The notes: a model not told the origin generated them from the letters alone. A DNA stretch of 64,000 nt from an uncultured virus (IMG/VR IMGVR_UViG_3300022555_000012) (IMGVR_UViG_3300022555_000012); one strand, 5' to 3'. Shown: positions 28,038 to 37,908, counted from the first letter of the stretch. Numbers and translations are program-made.

Positions 28038-29461
28038 GCCAAACACTCCTTCGATACCGGCCTCAATGATAATGGACAAGTCGTAACCGATGCCAACAAC
28101 TCATCCCTATTCTTCTCTGCTACTTGAACTGACAATGTGTAATCAAGAATCTTTGAATTCACATCATCAATCCCTGCCATAACACCTTCCGCCAAAGTCA
28201 ATAACCCCTGAGCATCCGTCAACAGACTCAAAGCCGATGATGCCTTCTGGACCAGGTCCACAGAATCGAGAGCCTTTTCAATGACTTTATCCCTATCTGA
28301 CTTCTCGTTTACATTCAGACGAACTGCATCCCATTTCCCCAGAACTTCCATCATCTTTCCCCTCAACTGATTCTTAATTTCAGCCTCATTGAGAAGACAT
28401 GCCGCCGCTTGCCCATCCGGGATCTTCACCAGAGAGTCTTTCAAGACAACAATCTTTGCCGTCGCTGTTGCCCCAGCCGTATGAAGATTCCAGGCTTCTT
28501 CTGTCAATTTGACTCCAGTATCCACCAACGTCAATGTCCCGAGAGCAAATGATGTGTCCGGAATAGCCATCAATTTCTTTTCCAAGTCCTTAATACCAGA
28601 AGAAACTGCCACACCAGACTGATGCAATGTTGAAGCTGAAGATGCCTTGCTTCCGGCCGCGTCCGCTCGTGTGACCTCCTTCATTGCCTGAACTGTGTCA
28701 GGAATAGCCGCCAGCCCTCGTTCCAACAACAAAATCCCCTGTCTGACACTCGATGCCTCAGACACTATCGTATCCCCGTGGTCTACAAGTCCCAACATCG
28801 TGTCACGATCCTTCAGATCGGTCTCAGCCTTCCCCAGGACTCCTTCTTCGAGATTTAAGACTGTCTCGGGATGAAGTTGAAGCCTGACTGCCTCCATCGT
28901 CTTCTCCGTCTCCTTAATCTCTCTGCCAAAACGATGATGATCCAAACTCACATCCTTGATCAATCCCTCAATCCCGGATAATCCTGAAATCTCATCCACA
29001 ATCTGTGCTCTCATCGAGCCGGAAGCATCCTTGTCCCCGATTCCCTTCAGCATAAAGTGGGATTCCAACTGGTCCATGATGTTGACCGGGACACTGACAT
29101 CTCCCAGAGTAACGATCTTCAGACCAATGATTTCTTCCGCATCCGGGACGATATTCTTTCCGACCTTGTCGAAGTATTGAGTCTGCTGCCCGACCTTCGT
29201 GACTTCCCAGAGATTGTTCTTCTCTCCTCGTGTCACCTTGACTGATCCACGCTCTGTTTCAACCAGAACGGTACACTTTGTGGCACCGACCCTGACAGAC
29301 CTTGGATCAAATTCGTTGTAAGCCGCTAATTTTAAAGCCCTTACTATCGAAGTTTTACCAGAATTTGATTCACCACATAACAGGTTCAATCCTGGAGAAA
29401 TATTGTCCAGCACCGTATGTTCGTGACTCTCAAAGTTCCAAAGTTCAATGCGTTTAATCAT
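28034..29461 (-). CDS. SbcC/Rad50-like ATPase, N-terminal half only
   Basis: IKRIELWNFESH, GESNSGKT, Q-loop, coiled coil ending at CPLS; no ABC signature or Walker B. Confidence 0.75.
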   Translation of the reverse strand: MIKRIELWNFESHEHTVLDNISPGLNLLCGESNSGKTSIVRALKLAAYNEFDPRSVRVGATKCTVLVETERGSVKVTRGEKNNLWEVTKVGQQTQYFDKVGKNIVPDAEEIIGLKIVTLGDVSVPVNIMDQLESHFMLKGIGDKDASGSMRAQIVDEISGLSGIEGLIKDVSLDHHRFGREIKETEKTMEAVRLQLHPETVLNLEEGVLGKAETDLKDRDTMLGLVDHGDTIVSEASSVRQGILLLERGLAAIPDTVQAMKEVTRADAAGSKASSASTLHQSGVAVSSGIKDLEKKLMAIPDTSFALGTLTLVDTGVKLTEEAWNLHTAGATATAKIVVLKDSLVKIPDGQAAACLLNEAEIKNQLRGKMMEVLGKWDAVRLNVNEKSDRDKVIEKALDSVDLVQKASSALSLLTDAQGLLTLAEGVMAGIDDVNSKILDYTLSVQVAEKNRDELLASVTTCPLSLRPVSKECLA

Positions 29462-29517
29462 AAGAAGAATGCTCCCGGAGACATTATACGCCGCCGGGAG
29501 CACCTGGTGATCTCAAG

Positions 29518-30591
29518 TTATAAGATTCTGCCAACCCCGATTTGATATCGAGCACCAATCTTGAACTCACGATCCTTTGTGGACGGATTTCTCGCCATGT
29601 TGTATCCGAACACAGCCCTCTGGAAGTAAGAACTCTGGATTCTCTGCGTCCCTCCCGCTTCAGGTTTATCCTCAATAATCCGCCGGTGTAACTCGTGAAG
29701 TCCCTTGAAGCCATCGAGTAACTTCCCGTCATGAGTGAATTCCCCATTGAGGTACTTCATCCATACGCGTAAAACATCGTCCGTTGGTTCTTTATGAAAC
29801 TTAGCCAGACGATAACTCAAGATGATCCCTGTTGATACCCCCGCATTCAGAAGCCTTTTTTGCGTCTTACTACTGATCGAGAAATTATCCCCGAACCATT
29901 CCAGAACATCCTTGTGTTCCGTTGTCGTAGCGTTGATGTTGTCATAGTTCACAATCGAACCCCAAGGAAATTTCGGATCGCATTCATCCAATCTTCCAAG
30001 GTCTAATTCAGGACAACCAGCAAGAATATTCACATTCGCCGTATTCACCTTCCGAATGTGTCCCATCTTCACGTTTTTGGAGAGAGTCGGCTTACCATAA
30101 TGACTCATTGATGTCCCTATGACATCCGTGGTCGTGCGAATCTGTGCTCTGGTGTCAATCAACGTTCCCCACTTGCTCTGCGTCTCCGCCTTGTCAGCGA
30201 TACGAACCAGAATTGTAAGCCGGATATTCTTTACCCCGGACTGAAGTGCCAACAGAGCCGCCTCTGTTCGATTGCTTCCATCTTGAATATAAATATGATC
30301 AGGACTTCCCCTCAGAACTGATACCTCGACAACGATGGAGTTCATCATCGGGTATGATCCCGTCATCTCATTCTTATAATCTTCAACCTTTTCCGGATTC
30401 TGTTGTCGTTGAAGGTGCTTGACACGAGCAGCACTCGTCATCTTCCCCATACACAACAACAATTTTTCTGTGGCTATCGTGCTGATCGTCTCAACATGAG
30501 CCATTGGGACATTCCATTCTTGATGCCTTATTACTGTAGCATCAGCCGGAAGGTCCTTGATATATCTCGACACGTTTCTCTTCTTACTCAT
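29518..30591 (-). CDS. ParB/DGQHR-like domain protein
   Basis: IYIQDGSNRTEA; ID...RT..D. Confidence 0.45.
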   Translation of the reverse strand: MSKKRNVSRYIKDLPADATVIRHQEWNVPMAHVETISTIATEKLLLCMGKMTSAARVKHLQRQQNPEKVEDYKNEMTGSYPMMNSIVVEVSVLRGSPDHIYIQDGSNRTEAALLALQSGVKNIRLTILVRIADKAETQSKWGTLIDTRAQIRTTTDVIGTSMSHYGKPTLSKNVKMGHIRKVNTANVNILAGCPELDLGRLDECDPKFPWGSIVNYDNINATTTEHKDVLEWFGDNFSISSKTQKRLLNAGVSTGIILSYRLAKFHKEPTDDVLRVWMKYLNGEFTHDGKLLDGFKGLHELHRRIIEDKPEAGGTQRIQSSYFQRAVFGYNMARNPSTKDREFKIGARYQIGVGRIL

Positions 30592-30718
30592 ACTGCCTGT
30601 TTATCTTTCTTTTTTTCTTTTGTCCATTTCGGACTGCCTATGTTACCTGCCAATCAATCGACCGGCTTCTTAACTATATGCTCTGCAACACAAAAATTGC
30701 AGAAATTTTTTCACTTTT

Positions 30719-31648
30719 TCAAATACTTGATTGGATACCATTCGTGACAAGACAAAACTTGCCAACAATGCTCCTCAATCGGACATCCCGGACCTTGTAA
30801 GCCAAGTCCAAGGCTTCCTGACTGAGCTTCATCCCCTTCAACTGCTCAACCTCCGTATCAAACAACTTCGTCTCCTGTTGAATCTCTGCCAGGATATCCA
30901 CCAAAGACTTCCCTGCACCGGGAGCATTCGCCCCACCCATCGTCACCATCAGCACACTCCCCATACTCTTCTGGTGTGCTTCCCAAGCCTTCTGACTCTC
31001 CTCAGACTTGACCTGACGAGCTTTGGCTTCCTGATTGAACTCCTCGACACTGACCCCTTCCAAACCTTCCGGCTTCACGAACCGGCCATTGGAAGGACAG
31101 ATATGTCCCTCGATATCTGCCAGAATCTTGTCCTGATCCCAGTTTGCATCCCGGAAATCTTCCACTCCAAACCGCTCCTTGGCGTTCTTGGAATCAACGG
31201 CCTCTTCATCTTCATCATCATTCCCGTAGGCCTTCTTGTTCTTCGTATTCCAAGTATTCCCGTCTGTCGGGATATACCCGCGAAGTTTTGTCCCGTCATA
31301 GTAGAGAATATAGACCAAGGGAGACTCCCAGTCGCCCCCTGCTTGAATCCCCAGGAAAGTCAGACCATTGGCAAGGGTATGGAACCCGATGACCTTCTTG
31401 CCGTCCTCATCCACTTCCTTCGCCTCCCATTCCATGTTCTCCTCATCGAACTCGACCTTCTTCAGATCTTCTTCAATCCGTTTTGTGATGTTACCGGAAC
31501 GAAAACCATTCTTCTTGAGAAACTCAATCCCGTTCTTGCAATCCGCCGGAGAAACCTCTCCATTGAAATACTCACTCTTGGAGAACTCCAAGGCGATCAA
31601 ACTTGCCAACTCTGAAACCGAAACCGATCCGGTAAACGACCTACTCAT
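30719..31648 (-). CDS. Acidic hypothetical protein
   Basis: AGGDWESP...LRGYIPTDGN; start MSRSF with AGGAG SD. Confidence 0.65.
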   Translation of the reverse strand: MSRSFTGSVSVSELASLIALEFSKSEYFNGEVSPADCKNGIEFLKKNGFRSGNITKRIEEDLKKVEFDEENMEWEAKEVDEDGKKVIGFHTLANGLTFLGIQAGGDWESPLVYILYYDGTKLRGYIPTDGNTWNTKNKKAYGNDDEDEEAVDSKNAKERFGVEDFRDANWDQDKILADIEGHICPSNGRFVKPEGLEGVSVEEFNQEAKARQVKSEESQKAWEAHQKSMGSVLMVTMGGANAPGAGKSLVDILAEIQQETKLFDTEVEQLKGMKLSQEALDLAYKVRDVRLRSIVGKFCLVTNGIQSSI

Positions 31649-32226
31649 ACTTTCTCCTTCATATCTGCCCGCCATAAATGGGGGTATTGTTTCTTCATCT
31701 TACCCAAATACTCCGAAATCTCCAACATCGTCAATGTCACGGGATGAATCATTTTTCCCAATACCGTGATAAATAACGGAACATTCCCCACCCTGAAAGC
31801 CAACATCATCTCATCGTCCCAGTCATCCGGCTCTACTCCATCCAGAACAGATTTAGCCTTCACATGAATCTGCTTCTTTGCCGCCTGTGCCTTAATCCTT
31901 TGGAATCCGGCAGCCATCTTTTCCAAATCTGAACCTTCCCAGGGAGATTTAGGTTTGGCAATTCTCGGGTCCTCTCCGACTGCCGGCACAATCCCTGGCA
32001 CAATACCAGGTTTTGGCAGAAATCGAACCCATTCCTTACCTTCCCGAAACGGAGCCACAGAAGGTGTAAACTCACCGTTATACATCCATTTCTCAATTTC
32101 CTCGACCGCCAAAGCAATACAACACGCCAGGATATTCGCTTCCTGATCGTTTATGTTGTCCGTCAATTCGGCCATCTGAACATTCAGCCGATCGCGAGTC
32201 TTTACGGCAAGATCACTTGGTGGCAT
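31645..32226 (-). CDS. Hypothetical protein
   Basis: ORF with AGGAGGTG SD. Confidence 0.6.
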   Translation of the reverse strand: MPPSDLAVKTRDRLNVQMAELTDNINDQEANILACCIALAVEEIEKWMYNGEFTPSVAPFREGKEWVRFLPKPGIVPGIVPAVGEDPRIAKPKSPWEGSDLEKMAAGFQRIKAQAAKKQIHVKAKSVLDGVEPDDWDDEMMLAFRVGNVPLFITVLGKMIHPVTLTMLEISEYLGKMKKQYPHLWRADMKEKV

Positions 32227-32440
32227 AACTCACCTCCTTGACCATAAACAACACCGCAAAGTCAGCCATCTGTTTCAACGCCTCACCCCTCATAGACTGA
32301 GGCATCGAAGCATACGAGTTAGCCAAGGTAGAGAACTCCACAGACTGAGCCAAGGCATCCTGAACCTTCATCAGAGCATCAGAGTCCTGACTGATATCCT
32401 TCGCCCACTGCAATATCTCCCGGTCTTCTTGTGCGTTCAC
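32213..32440 (-). CDS. Hypothetical protein
   Basis: ORF in operon. Confidence 0.5.
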   Translation of the reverse strand: MNAQEDREILQWAKDISQDSDALMKVQDALAQSVEFSTLANSYASMPQSMRGEALKQMADFAVLFMVKEVSYATK

Positions 32441-33030
32441 AGGTCTGCCTTTAATTTCATATCTCTGACTGCCTTCGCTTTTGCCTCTATCGCCCGTTCC
32501 GTCAATTCGACTTCCTTAATCCTATGAGTGAAACAATCCCGAGGTGTCCCGAACTTGTCAAACACCTTGATAATGTTCTCATCTTTCGTCTGATATCCGA
32601 GATACTCTATCCCTGCGTCATAATACTCTTCCAGTCCAGCCACATCCCCAAAAACCACATAACGCTCAACTTGAGCCTCTCGAAGAATCATCACCATCTC
32701 TTCCGGGGAAACTTGCATTTCCGGGGGAACTTCCAGAAATCGCATGACACAATTCGGCAACTTCTCAAGGTCAACTGGAACCCATCCTCGTCTTTGCATC
32801 TTGATCTTGATCACTGCACGAACTTTCTTCTCTGCCTCACATTGAGTCTCGAACGTGAAGTCCCTGCCAGTGGTCAACAAGTGACCATCCAAAGAAACCT
32901 TTTTCGTCACAACTCCAAAGTCTCCTGTGTATTCCCGAGGAATAAGAAACAGTTTATCAGAACCGATGATTTTCCTCACCGAAGCGAGATAATATACCTT
33001 ATCAACAGTATCGTATAATGTGATATTCAT
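32437..33030 (-). CDS. Hypothetical protein, predicted leaderless
   Basis: ATG 7 nt after the GCAATG box. Confidence 0.65.
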   Translation of the reverse strand: MNITLYDTVDKVYYLASVRKIIGSDKLFLIPREYTGDFGVVTKKVSLDGHLLTTGRDFTFETQCEAEKKVRAVIKIKMQRRGWVPVDLEKLPNCVMRFLEVPPEMQVSPEEMVMILREAQVERYVVFGDVAGLEEYYDAGIEYLGYQTKDENIIKVFDKFGTPRDCFTHRIKEVELTERAIEAKAKAVRDMKLKADL

Positions 33031-33037
33031 AATCTCT

Positions 33038-33067
33038 CATTGCGGAATTACACCCCGGATACGGAAA
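33038..33067 (-). promoter_or_regulatory. Class I promoter-like motif A
   Basis: TTTCCGTAT-N15-GCAATG-N7-ATG. Confidence 0.75.
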
Positions 33068-33688
33068 CTATTCCTGTTCTTTGATCGTCAGAGAACGAAT
33101 CCAAAGTTCTGACATACAGGTCTTCCCGTTCTTGAGAGAGGCAACATCTGAGTACCAGACATATACTTTTGCCTTAATACTTACCTGAATGGTCTTGATG
33201 TCCTTGGTGTCTTCACTCGACATTACGAATCTGTTGATTTCCATATCGGTCGAGGTCCCCTGGAGATTCCCTCCCGTCTTTTCCCTCGATACCTCTTTGG
33301 AAAATACCGATTCACCTCGCTTGTTAAACGCCTTCACTGAAAAAGACTCTGTAGCATCACCAAGATCAGCCTTGAAGTTGTATCCCAATATCGCCTCAAC
33401 CACGAGTTCCTTGCCCTGTTCGGATACCGGGACATTGAAAATCTTCTTGGTTTCCAACGCACCATTGGCATTTTTCATACGAACCCTCAATGCCGACGGA
33501 GAACGCATATCCCCAGCCGTCTTGTCGATCCCGAACAGTCCACCTTTGGGTATCGGACCACATTTGACCCACCCATCGCTGCTCCGCTCATACTTCTCGC
33601 AAATGTTCCAGGCATTTGTGTTCTCGCCAAATGCGAATCCGGAAACCAACATTCCAATAACCAGCCACAATATCGTCTTCATATTCAT
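33068..33688 (-). CDS. Secreted beta-rich protein
   Basis: Signal peptide MKTILWLVIGMLVSGFAFG. Confidence 0.6.
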   Translation of the reverse strand: MNMKTILWLVIGMLVSGFAFGENTNAWNICEKYERSSDGWVKCGPIPKGGLFGIDKTAGDMRSPSALRVRMKNANGALETKKIFNVPVSEQGKELVVEAILGYNFKADLGDATESFSVKAFNKRGESVFSKEVSREKTGGNLQGTSTDMEINRFVMSSEDTKDIKTIQVSIKAKVYVWYSDVASLKNGKTCMSELWIRSLTIKEQE

Positions 33689-33694
33689 TTTCCT

Positions 33695-34276
33695 TTATGC
33701 TAACCCTAACTGACCCTGAACCACCACCGGAGCCTCCGGGATCTTGAAAATTCCCTTCGGTCCCTTTGCATGCTTACCACCAAAAAACGTCTTCAAGACC
33801 GTCCACAAAGCATCCTTGCTTGTTACCGGCACCACATTCTTACCGTTTTCCCACCGACGCCCTGGAACATTCCTCCAAGCCTTCACAAAAGCCTTTGAAT
33901 CTTTCCGGCGATATGGTGTCACCACCACATACACATTACCATTCTGAGCAATCTCTATCTCGGCCTGACGTTCGGCATTCCTGAATCGACGACGCATCTT
34001 ACCAGCCAAGACCACGAAACCAAGTTCCTCAACCTTCTTAGCCGCCTCCAGAACTTCACTGATCCGACCAATCCCGGCTGCCAAAGCCGCCTGATGCACG
34101 ATCTTATTCACTTCCCTGCGATTAACAGCGTTAAATACCCCGTCGCTTTCCTTCCGACATTCTGGACCCATTCCCCATTCCACGGAAATCGCGTCAACCA
34201 GAGGCCGACCACAGCAAACACAATTACTACTTAACATCCGACAAGCCGGGGAATTTTCATAGTTACTTGTTTTCAT
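33695..34276 (-). CDS. DUF6011-like Zn finger + HARP-like domain protein
   Basis: CVCCGRPLVDAISVEWGMGPEC; TPY...FVKAWRNVPGRRW. Confidence 0.65.
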   Translation of the reverse strand: MKTSNYENSPACRMLSSNCVCCGRPLVDAISVEWGMGPECRKESDGVFNAVNRREVNKIVHQAALAAGIGRISEVLEAAKKVEELGFVVLAGKMRRRFRNAERQAEIEIAQNGNVYVVVTPYRRKDSKAFVKAWRNVPGRRWENGKNVVPVTSKDALWTVLKTFFGGKHAKGPKGIFKIPEAPVVVQGQLGLA

Positions 34277-34283
34277 ACTACTA

Positions 34284-34313
34284 CATTGCAGAAATCACCC
34301 TTTAATACGGAAA
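34284..34313 (-). promoter_or_regulatory. Class I promoter-like motif B
   Basis: TTTCCGTAT-N15-GCAATG-N7-ATG. Confidence 0.75.
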
Positions 34314-34973
34314 CTTGTTTCCCTTTTTCAAATTTTCTCTCGCCCATAATGGTCTCAAATTTGACAAATCCCAACACCTTTTGAATCCATCATCTTCACA
34401 CTTCTCAAAACAGAAGGAAGAAACCGGCAAGATATGATCTATATGCCAAATTCTACCATAGTTTTTCCATGTCATCCCTGGAAGAAACTGCTTCTCAAGA
34501 TGCTTCATTAACTGATCGACTGAGTACCCGACCATTATTTTCCAAGATACGCCTCCCTTACCATTCTTTAATCCTCTACGAACAGACCTTGAAAAACCGT
34601 TTGAAACACGATACCGGGAATCTTTCCTCCGTTTCATTCGATAATATTTTGCTCTTAACTTCTTACTACCATCTTTTGATCTCCACCGTTTTGCCGACAT
34701 CTTTATTCTCGGATCTTTTCGAGTTTTCTCTTTGAACTCCTCCGAACTCCGTAGATCTTCAAAGTATTTCTTATAGTAGGCCGAGCCCTCCGGTGTTCTT
34801 CTCCATTTACGAGCAAAATCCGCCGACTTTCTTCTTCCTTCTACCGTCTTATCTCTTAAAGACTTCAACTCTAACTCACACAAATGACATTCCGTCCTTC
34901 GATACTTTCCATTCAATCGAAATTCAGACTCGTCTTTTATTTTTTGACACAAACGACAAATTCGAGTATTCAT
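34302..34973 (-). CDS. Free-standing HNH homing endonuclease
   Basis: CxxC..CxxC, basic helix, WHIDHILP...NLRPLWARENLKKGNK; own TTGACA/TACAAT boxes and AGGAG SD. Confidence 0.8.
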   Translation of the reverse strand: MNTRICRLCQKIKDESEFRLNGKYRRTECHLCELELKSLRDKTVEGRRKSADFARKWRRTPEGSAYYKKYFEDLRSSEEFKEKTRKDPRIKMSAKRWRSKDGSKKLRAKYYRMKRRKDSRYRVSNGFSRSVRRGLKNGKGGVSWKIMVGYSVDQLMKHLEKQFLPGMTWKNYGRIWHIDHILPVSSFCFEKCEDDGFKRCWDLSNLRPLWARENLKKGNKFPY

Positions 34974-35027
34974 ACAACTCCTTTTGGCAACATATTGTAT
35001 GATACATGAAAATATGTCAATCGGAAG

Positions 35028-35249
35028 TTAAAATTTCACCTTCTTATACCACTTCAACGCAAAGAAGTGGTCGTCAATCGTGAGTGGTTTCGGACACTTC
35101 TCTAAAGGGATTCCGAACAATCCGATTCCTCTGATAGAACTGCATGGATGACCACCAGTTTTATATCCAAGTTCACAATACAAATGTTTACCAGACATGC
35201 ACCGAGAACATGACTTCTTCTGAGTATTCATGTTCATCACAGTTTTCAT
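35028..35249 (-). CDS. Small Cys-rich protein
   Basis: CSRC...CELGY...PLEKCPKP. Confidence 0.5.
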   Translation of the reverse strand: MKTVMNMNTQKKSCSRCMSGKHLYCELGYKTGGHPCSSIRGIGLFGIPLEKCPKPLTIDDHFFALKWYKKVKF

Positions 35250-35656
35250 ACATATCCCTCAATTATCTTGTCACATTCCTCTGCCGTCCCGGAGGTCTCC
35301 AACTCAAATACCCCTCCTATAGCGATACTAAGTGAATATACCCCTGGTTTCCCGAGACGAGCAAAACTCTTCACCCTCCGATGAGCGAACAAAGTCCCGT
35401 TCTTTATGTTTTTCCAGGCAACCATCCCATTTCCACCAGCGTTATGATTCCAACGAATCGGTCCCAATTTCAATTCCTGAACATCAAACACGGTATTGCG
35501 AAGATCAAGAATCCCCGTATACTGAGAGTCCTCAACAACCTTCTTCATCTCTTCCCGGTGTTCCTTCTGCCCATCCAACCACTTCTGGTGTTTCTCACAA
35601 GCCTCGATACTGTCAAAACCGAGTGCCTGTGCTTCTTCAAGTGTTGCCTTTTTCAT
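35246..35656 (-). CDS. Hypothetical protein
   Basis: ORF in operon. Confidence 0.55.
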   Translation of the reverse strand: MKKATLEEAQALGFDSIEACEKHQKWLDGQKEHREEMKKVVEDSQYTGILDLRNTVFDVQELKLGPIRWNHNAGGNGMVAWKNIKNGTLFAHRRVKSFARLGKPGVYSLSIAIGGVFELETSGTAEECDKIIEGYV

Positions 35657-35681
35657 AGATAAGCCTTCAATTCTGTCATAT

Positions 35682-36308
35682 TCATGCTGCCACCGGCTTT
35701 TTCATCGCTTCCAACCACGCCTGATCCTTGTCCCGTGCCAAATAGTGAATACCCGACCCGAGAAGCACCGGATTCCCAATGGAACTCGTGTTGAACAACT
35801 GACCCGCCTGTTTCTGCATCCGATTGGCATCATCCAGGATCAAAGCCGCCATCTGAGGAGGACAATCCTTCTCAATGTCCAGTTTGAGACTGGCATAGTT
35901 GAAATAACCGAGTTTCTTATAGTCCCCGTGTTCCTCCACGCCCTTGTCGGAGTAAGACAGCCCAGTGGTGTAGACCCCGATAAATAACCGTTCCTTGGCC
36001 TCCTGGACCTCCTTCTCAGTCAAAATTACGAAGGTGTGGTTACAGTTGGAGTGAACATAAAGCATCACAGACCCGTTGGTATTGACATAAGCCCGGCCAC
36101 AGTTACCATTGAAGTCCCAATCCCCGACATTGTAGTACCCCTCTTTGTGTTCCCTGGGGCCTGAAGATGGAAGAACATTGACAGGTTTCCGACCTTCAAA
36201 CCGGCTTGTACCAGTCATATCATCGAAACTGTAACCACTAACCGCAACCAACCGACCGGCTTTCGCCAGTTTCAACAGAGTGTCTCGTCGCATAGTGTTT
36301 GTTTTCAT
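35682..36308 (-). CDS. Hypothetical protein, predicted leaderless
   Basis: Start reassigned to ATG 36308, 7 nt after the GCAATG box. Confidence 0.6.
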   Translation of the reverse strand: MKTNTMRRDTLLKLAKAGRLVAVSGYSFDDMTGTSRFEGRKPVNVLPSSGPREHKEGYYNVGDWDFNGNCGRAYVNTNGSVMLYVHSNCNHTFVILTEKEVQEAKERLFIGVYTTGLSYSDKGVEEHGDYKKLGYFNYASLKLDIEKDCPPQMAALILDDANRMQKQAGQLFNTSSIGNPVLLGSGIHYLARDKDQAWLEAMKKPVAA

Positions 36309-36315
36309 ACCTATA

Positions 36316-36345
36316 CATTGCATAAAAATGACCAGAATACGGAAA
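36316..36345 (-). promoter_or_regulatory. Class I promoter-like motif C
   Basis: TTTCCGTAT-N15-GCAATG-N7-ATG. Confidence 0.75.
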
Positions 36346-36348
36346 GAT

Positions 36349-36567
36349 CTAGGGAATATCAGCCCAATTTTTAGGGTCAGTCATATCCACCTCAAAACCA
36401 ATCAATTTCCAGTCTACCTCTTCAGCCCAGGCCTTTTCCGGGTCCTGAGGCTTCATAGACCGATGTCCGCACTCAAAAGAAGTTGCCGCATCAGCCCCAT
36501 TGTCACGTCCGGTCCTGAACCCGGCGGCCCATACGGCCTTCAAAAGTTGTAATGTTTTCTCATCCAT
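36349..36567 (-). CDS. Hypothetical protein
   Basis: AGGAGG SD. Confidence 0.55.
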   Translation of the reverse strand: MDEKTLQLLKAVWAAGFRTGRDNGADAATSFECGHRSMKPQDPEKAWAEEVDWKLIGFEVDMTDPKNWADIP

Positions 36568-36574
36568 AATCCTC

Positions 36575-36799
36575 CTAGTCTATTCCAGCAAAACCAGGCC
36601 CGACCTGATACCAGGTTTCCCCGACCCCTTCAGCCTTCACAGCGTAACAAGTAACCCCACAGATCTTGAACTCCCCGACCATTAAACCAAACGGTGTCCC
36701 AATGACCTTTAGTGTTCTTTTGACGACCGTAGGATTACGCATTCCACTGGGTCGATCCATCAAAATCGTCCCCTTAACCTTGAAATCTTTCATATCCAT
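36575..36799 (-). CDS. Hypothetical protein
   Basis: TAATG overlap with the upstream small ORF. Confidence 0.5.
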   Translation of the reverse strand: MDMKDFKVKGTILMDRPSGMRNPTVVKRTLKVIGTPFGLMVGEFKICGVTCYAVKAEGVGETWYQVGPGFAGID

Positions 36800-36912
36800 T
36801 ATTTATTCATCCATTTCTTCGCCTCGATTATTTTATCAGTATATCCATACCGTTTCGACGACTTCGCCCGGACGTAATTCCCCAACCACTTGATTACAAA
36901 CATTGTCTTCAT
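36799..36912 (-). CDS. 37-aa protein, predicted leaderless
   Basis: ATG 36912 lies 7 nt after the GCAATG box. Confidence 0.45.
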   Translation of the reverse strand: MKTMFVIKWLGNYVRAKSSKRYGYTDKIIEAKKWMNK

Positions 36913-36919
36913 ACCTATA

Positions 36920-36949
36920 CATTGCAGAAACAACTCCATGATACGGAAG
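36920..36949 (-). promoter_or_regulatory. Class I promoter-like motif D
   Basis: CTTCCGTAT-N15-GCAATG-N7-ATG. Confidence 0.75.
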
Positions 36950-36952
36950 AAA

Positions 36953-37798
36953 TTAGGCGGCGATGTCCGCCCCACGAGCCTCATTCACTCCGGCCCAAAA
37001 TTGGTCCATATCTTTCTCTGATAACCGACTCGCAATTTCATCCAACCGGTCATCATTCTTACCAACTCTGAATCCGTTAGCGAAAAGGCTCCAGATTAAA
37101 TGGATATTCCAAAACGACACCGTCCCATTCTTGCAAATGCTGATATTCGGCAACTTTATTTTCCCCAAAACCTTGGGACTGGTCTTAGCGAAGGTAACTC
37201 CAAGAGCATGACCACGATAATTGCCTGAAATTGTCCAGTTACTATTACCTTGATCAGGATGATGGAGAACTTCCCCAGTCACTACCTTGTATTCACTTGC
37301 AACATGATCTGAAATATTTTCATGCGATTGAATCTGGAAATTTCCTTTTACCGCCAAGACCCCCATCGAATACACATCCACTTCGGGAAGAGTCATACTG
37401 CGAATTTCAGTCATTCTCTCCTTAAAACTCTTCACCCCGTTAAAGGCCTCGTTCGCAACCTCTCGACGACGCTCATTCGCAATCGTAAGGGCTTGTGCTG
37501 ACACCGGGTAATTCTTCCATTCCCCGACAGACACCAACGAGTTTTTAACCTTCAAATATTCGACATCCATCGTGCCATCCTCTCGAATCAGATGAATCAG
37601 ACAAGAACCGAATGAATTGTCGTATTCACCATTCTCTACGAATGTGATGACCTCGGTCCCAATCTTGCAATCCACCTTTTTGGGAACAAGTTCAACGATA
37701 TCATTTCCAGCCGAGACATACGCAACCCCATCAATCATCACCGCACCGTCATTCCATGTTTTCATTTTAATTCCTGAATTGTTGTTTGTTACCTGCAC
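36953..37798 (-). CDS. Hypothetical protein
   Basis: In-frame GTG 7 nt after the GCAATG box; alternative ATG at 37765. Confidence 0.6.
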   Translation of the reverse strand: MQVTNNNSGIKMKTWNDGAVMIDGVAYVSAGNDIVELVPKKVDCKIGTEVITFVENGEYDNSFGSCLIHLIREDGTMDVEYLKVKNSLVSVGEWKNYPVSAQALTIANERRREVANEAFNGVKSFKERMTEIRSMTLPEVDVYSMGVLAVKGNFQIQSHENISDHVASEYKVVTGEVLHHPDQGNSNWTISGNYRGHALGVTFAKTSPKVLGKIKLPNISICKNGTVSFWNIHLIWSLFANGFRVGKNDDRLDEIASRLSEKDMDQFWAGVNEARGADIAA

Positions 37799-37805
37799 AT
37801 CTATA

Positions 37806-37835
37806 CATTGCAGAAACAACTCCAGAATACGGAAG
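37806..37835 (-). promoter_or_regulatory. Class I promoter-like motif E
   Basis: CTTCCGTAT-N15-GCAATG; an extra TTCCGTAT lies 11 nt upstream. Confidence 0.75.
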
Positions 37836-37843
37836 AAATACGG

Positions 37844-37874
37844 AAAAGAAAAAGGCCACCCTTCCGGATGGCCT
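37844..37874 (-). terminator. Intrinsic terminator
   Basis: AGGCCATCC-GGAA-GGGTGGCCT hairpin followed by TTTTCTTTT. Confidence 0.8.
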
Positions 37875-37908
37875 CTTCCTTCCCCACTGTCTCGCTCTGT
37901 CTCTCCGC

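Noticed and set aside
30731..31615. 294-aa plus-strand ORF
   Set aside because: Antisense shadow of the minus-strand gene; Leu/Pro-rich with no motifs
16376..33688. Host assignment to a PVC-group bacterium from Thr-Asn-rich secreted proteins
   Set aside because: Impression only; needs phylogeny of the LpxR, LysM and RecA genes
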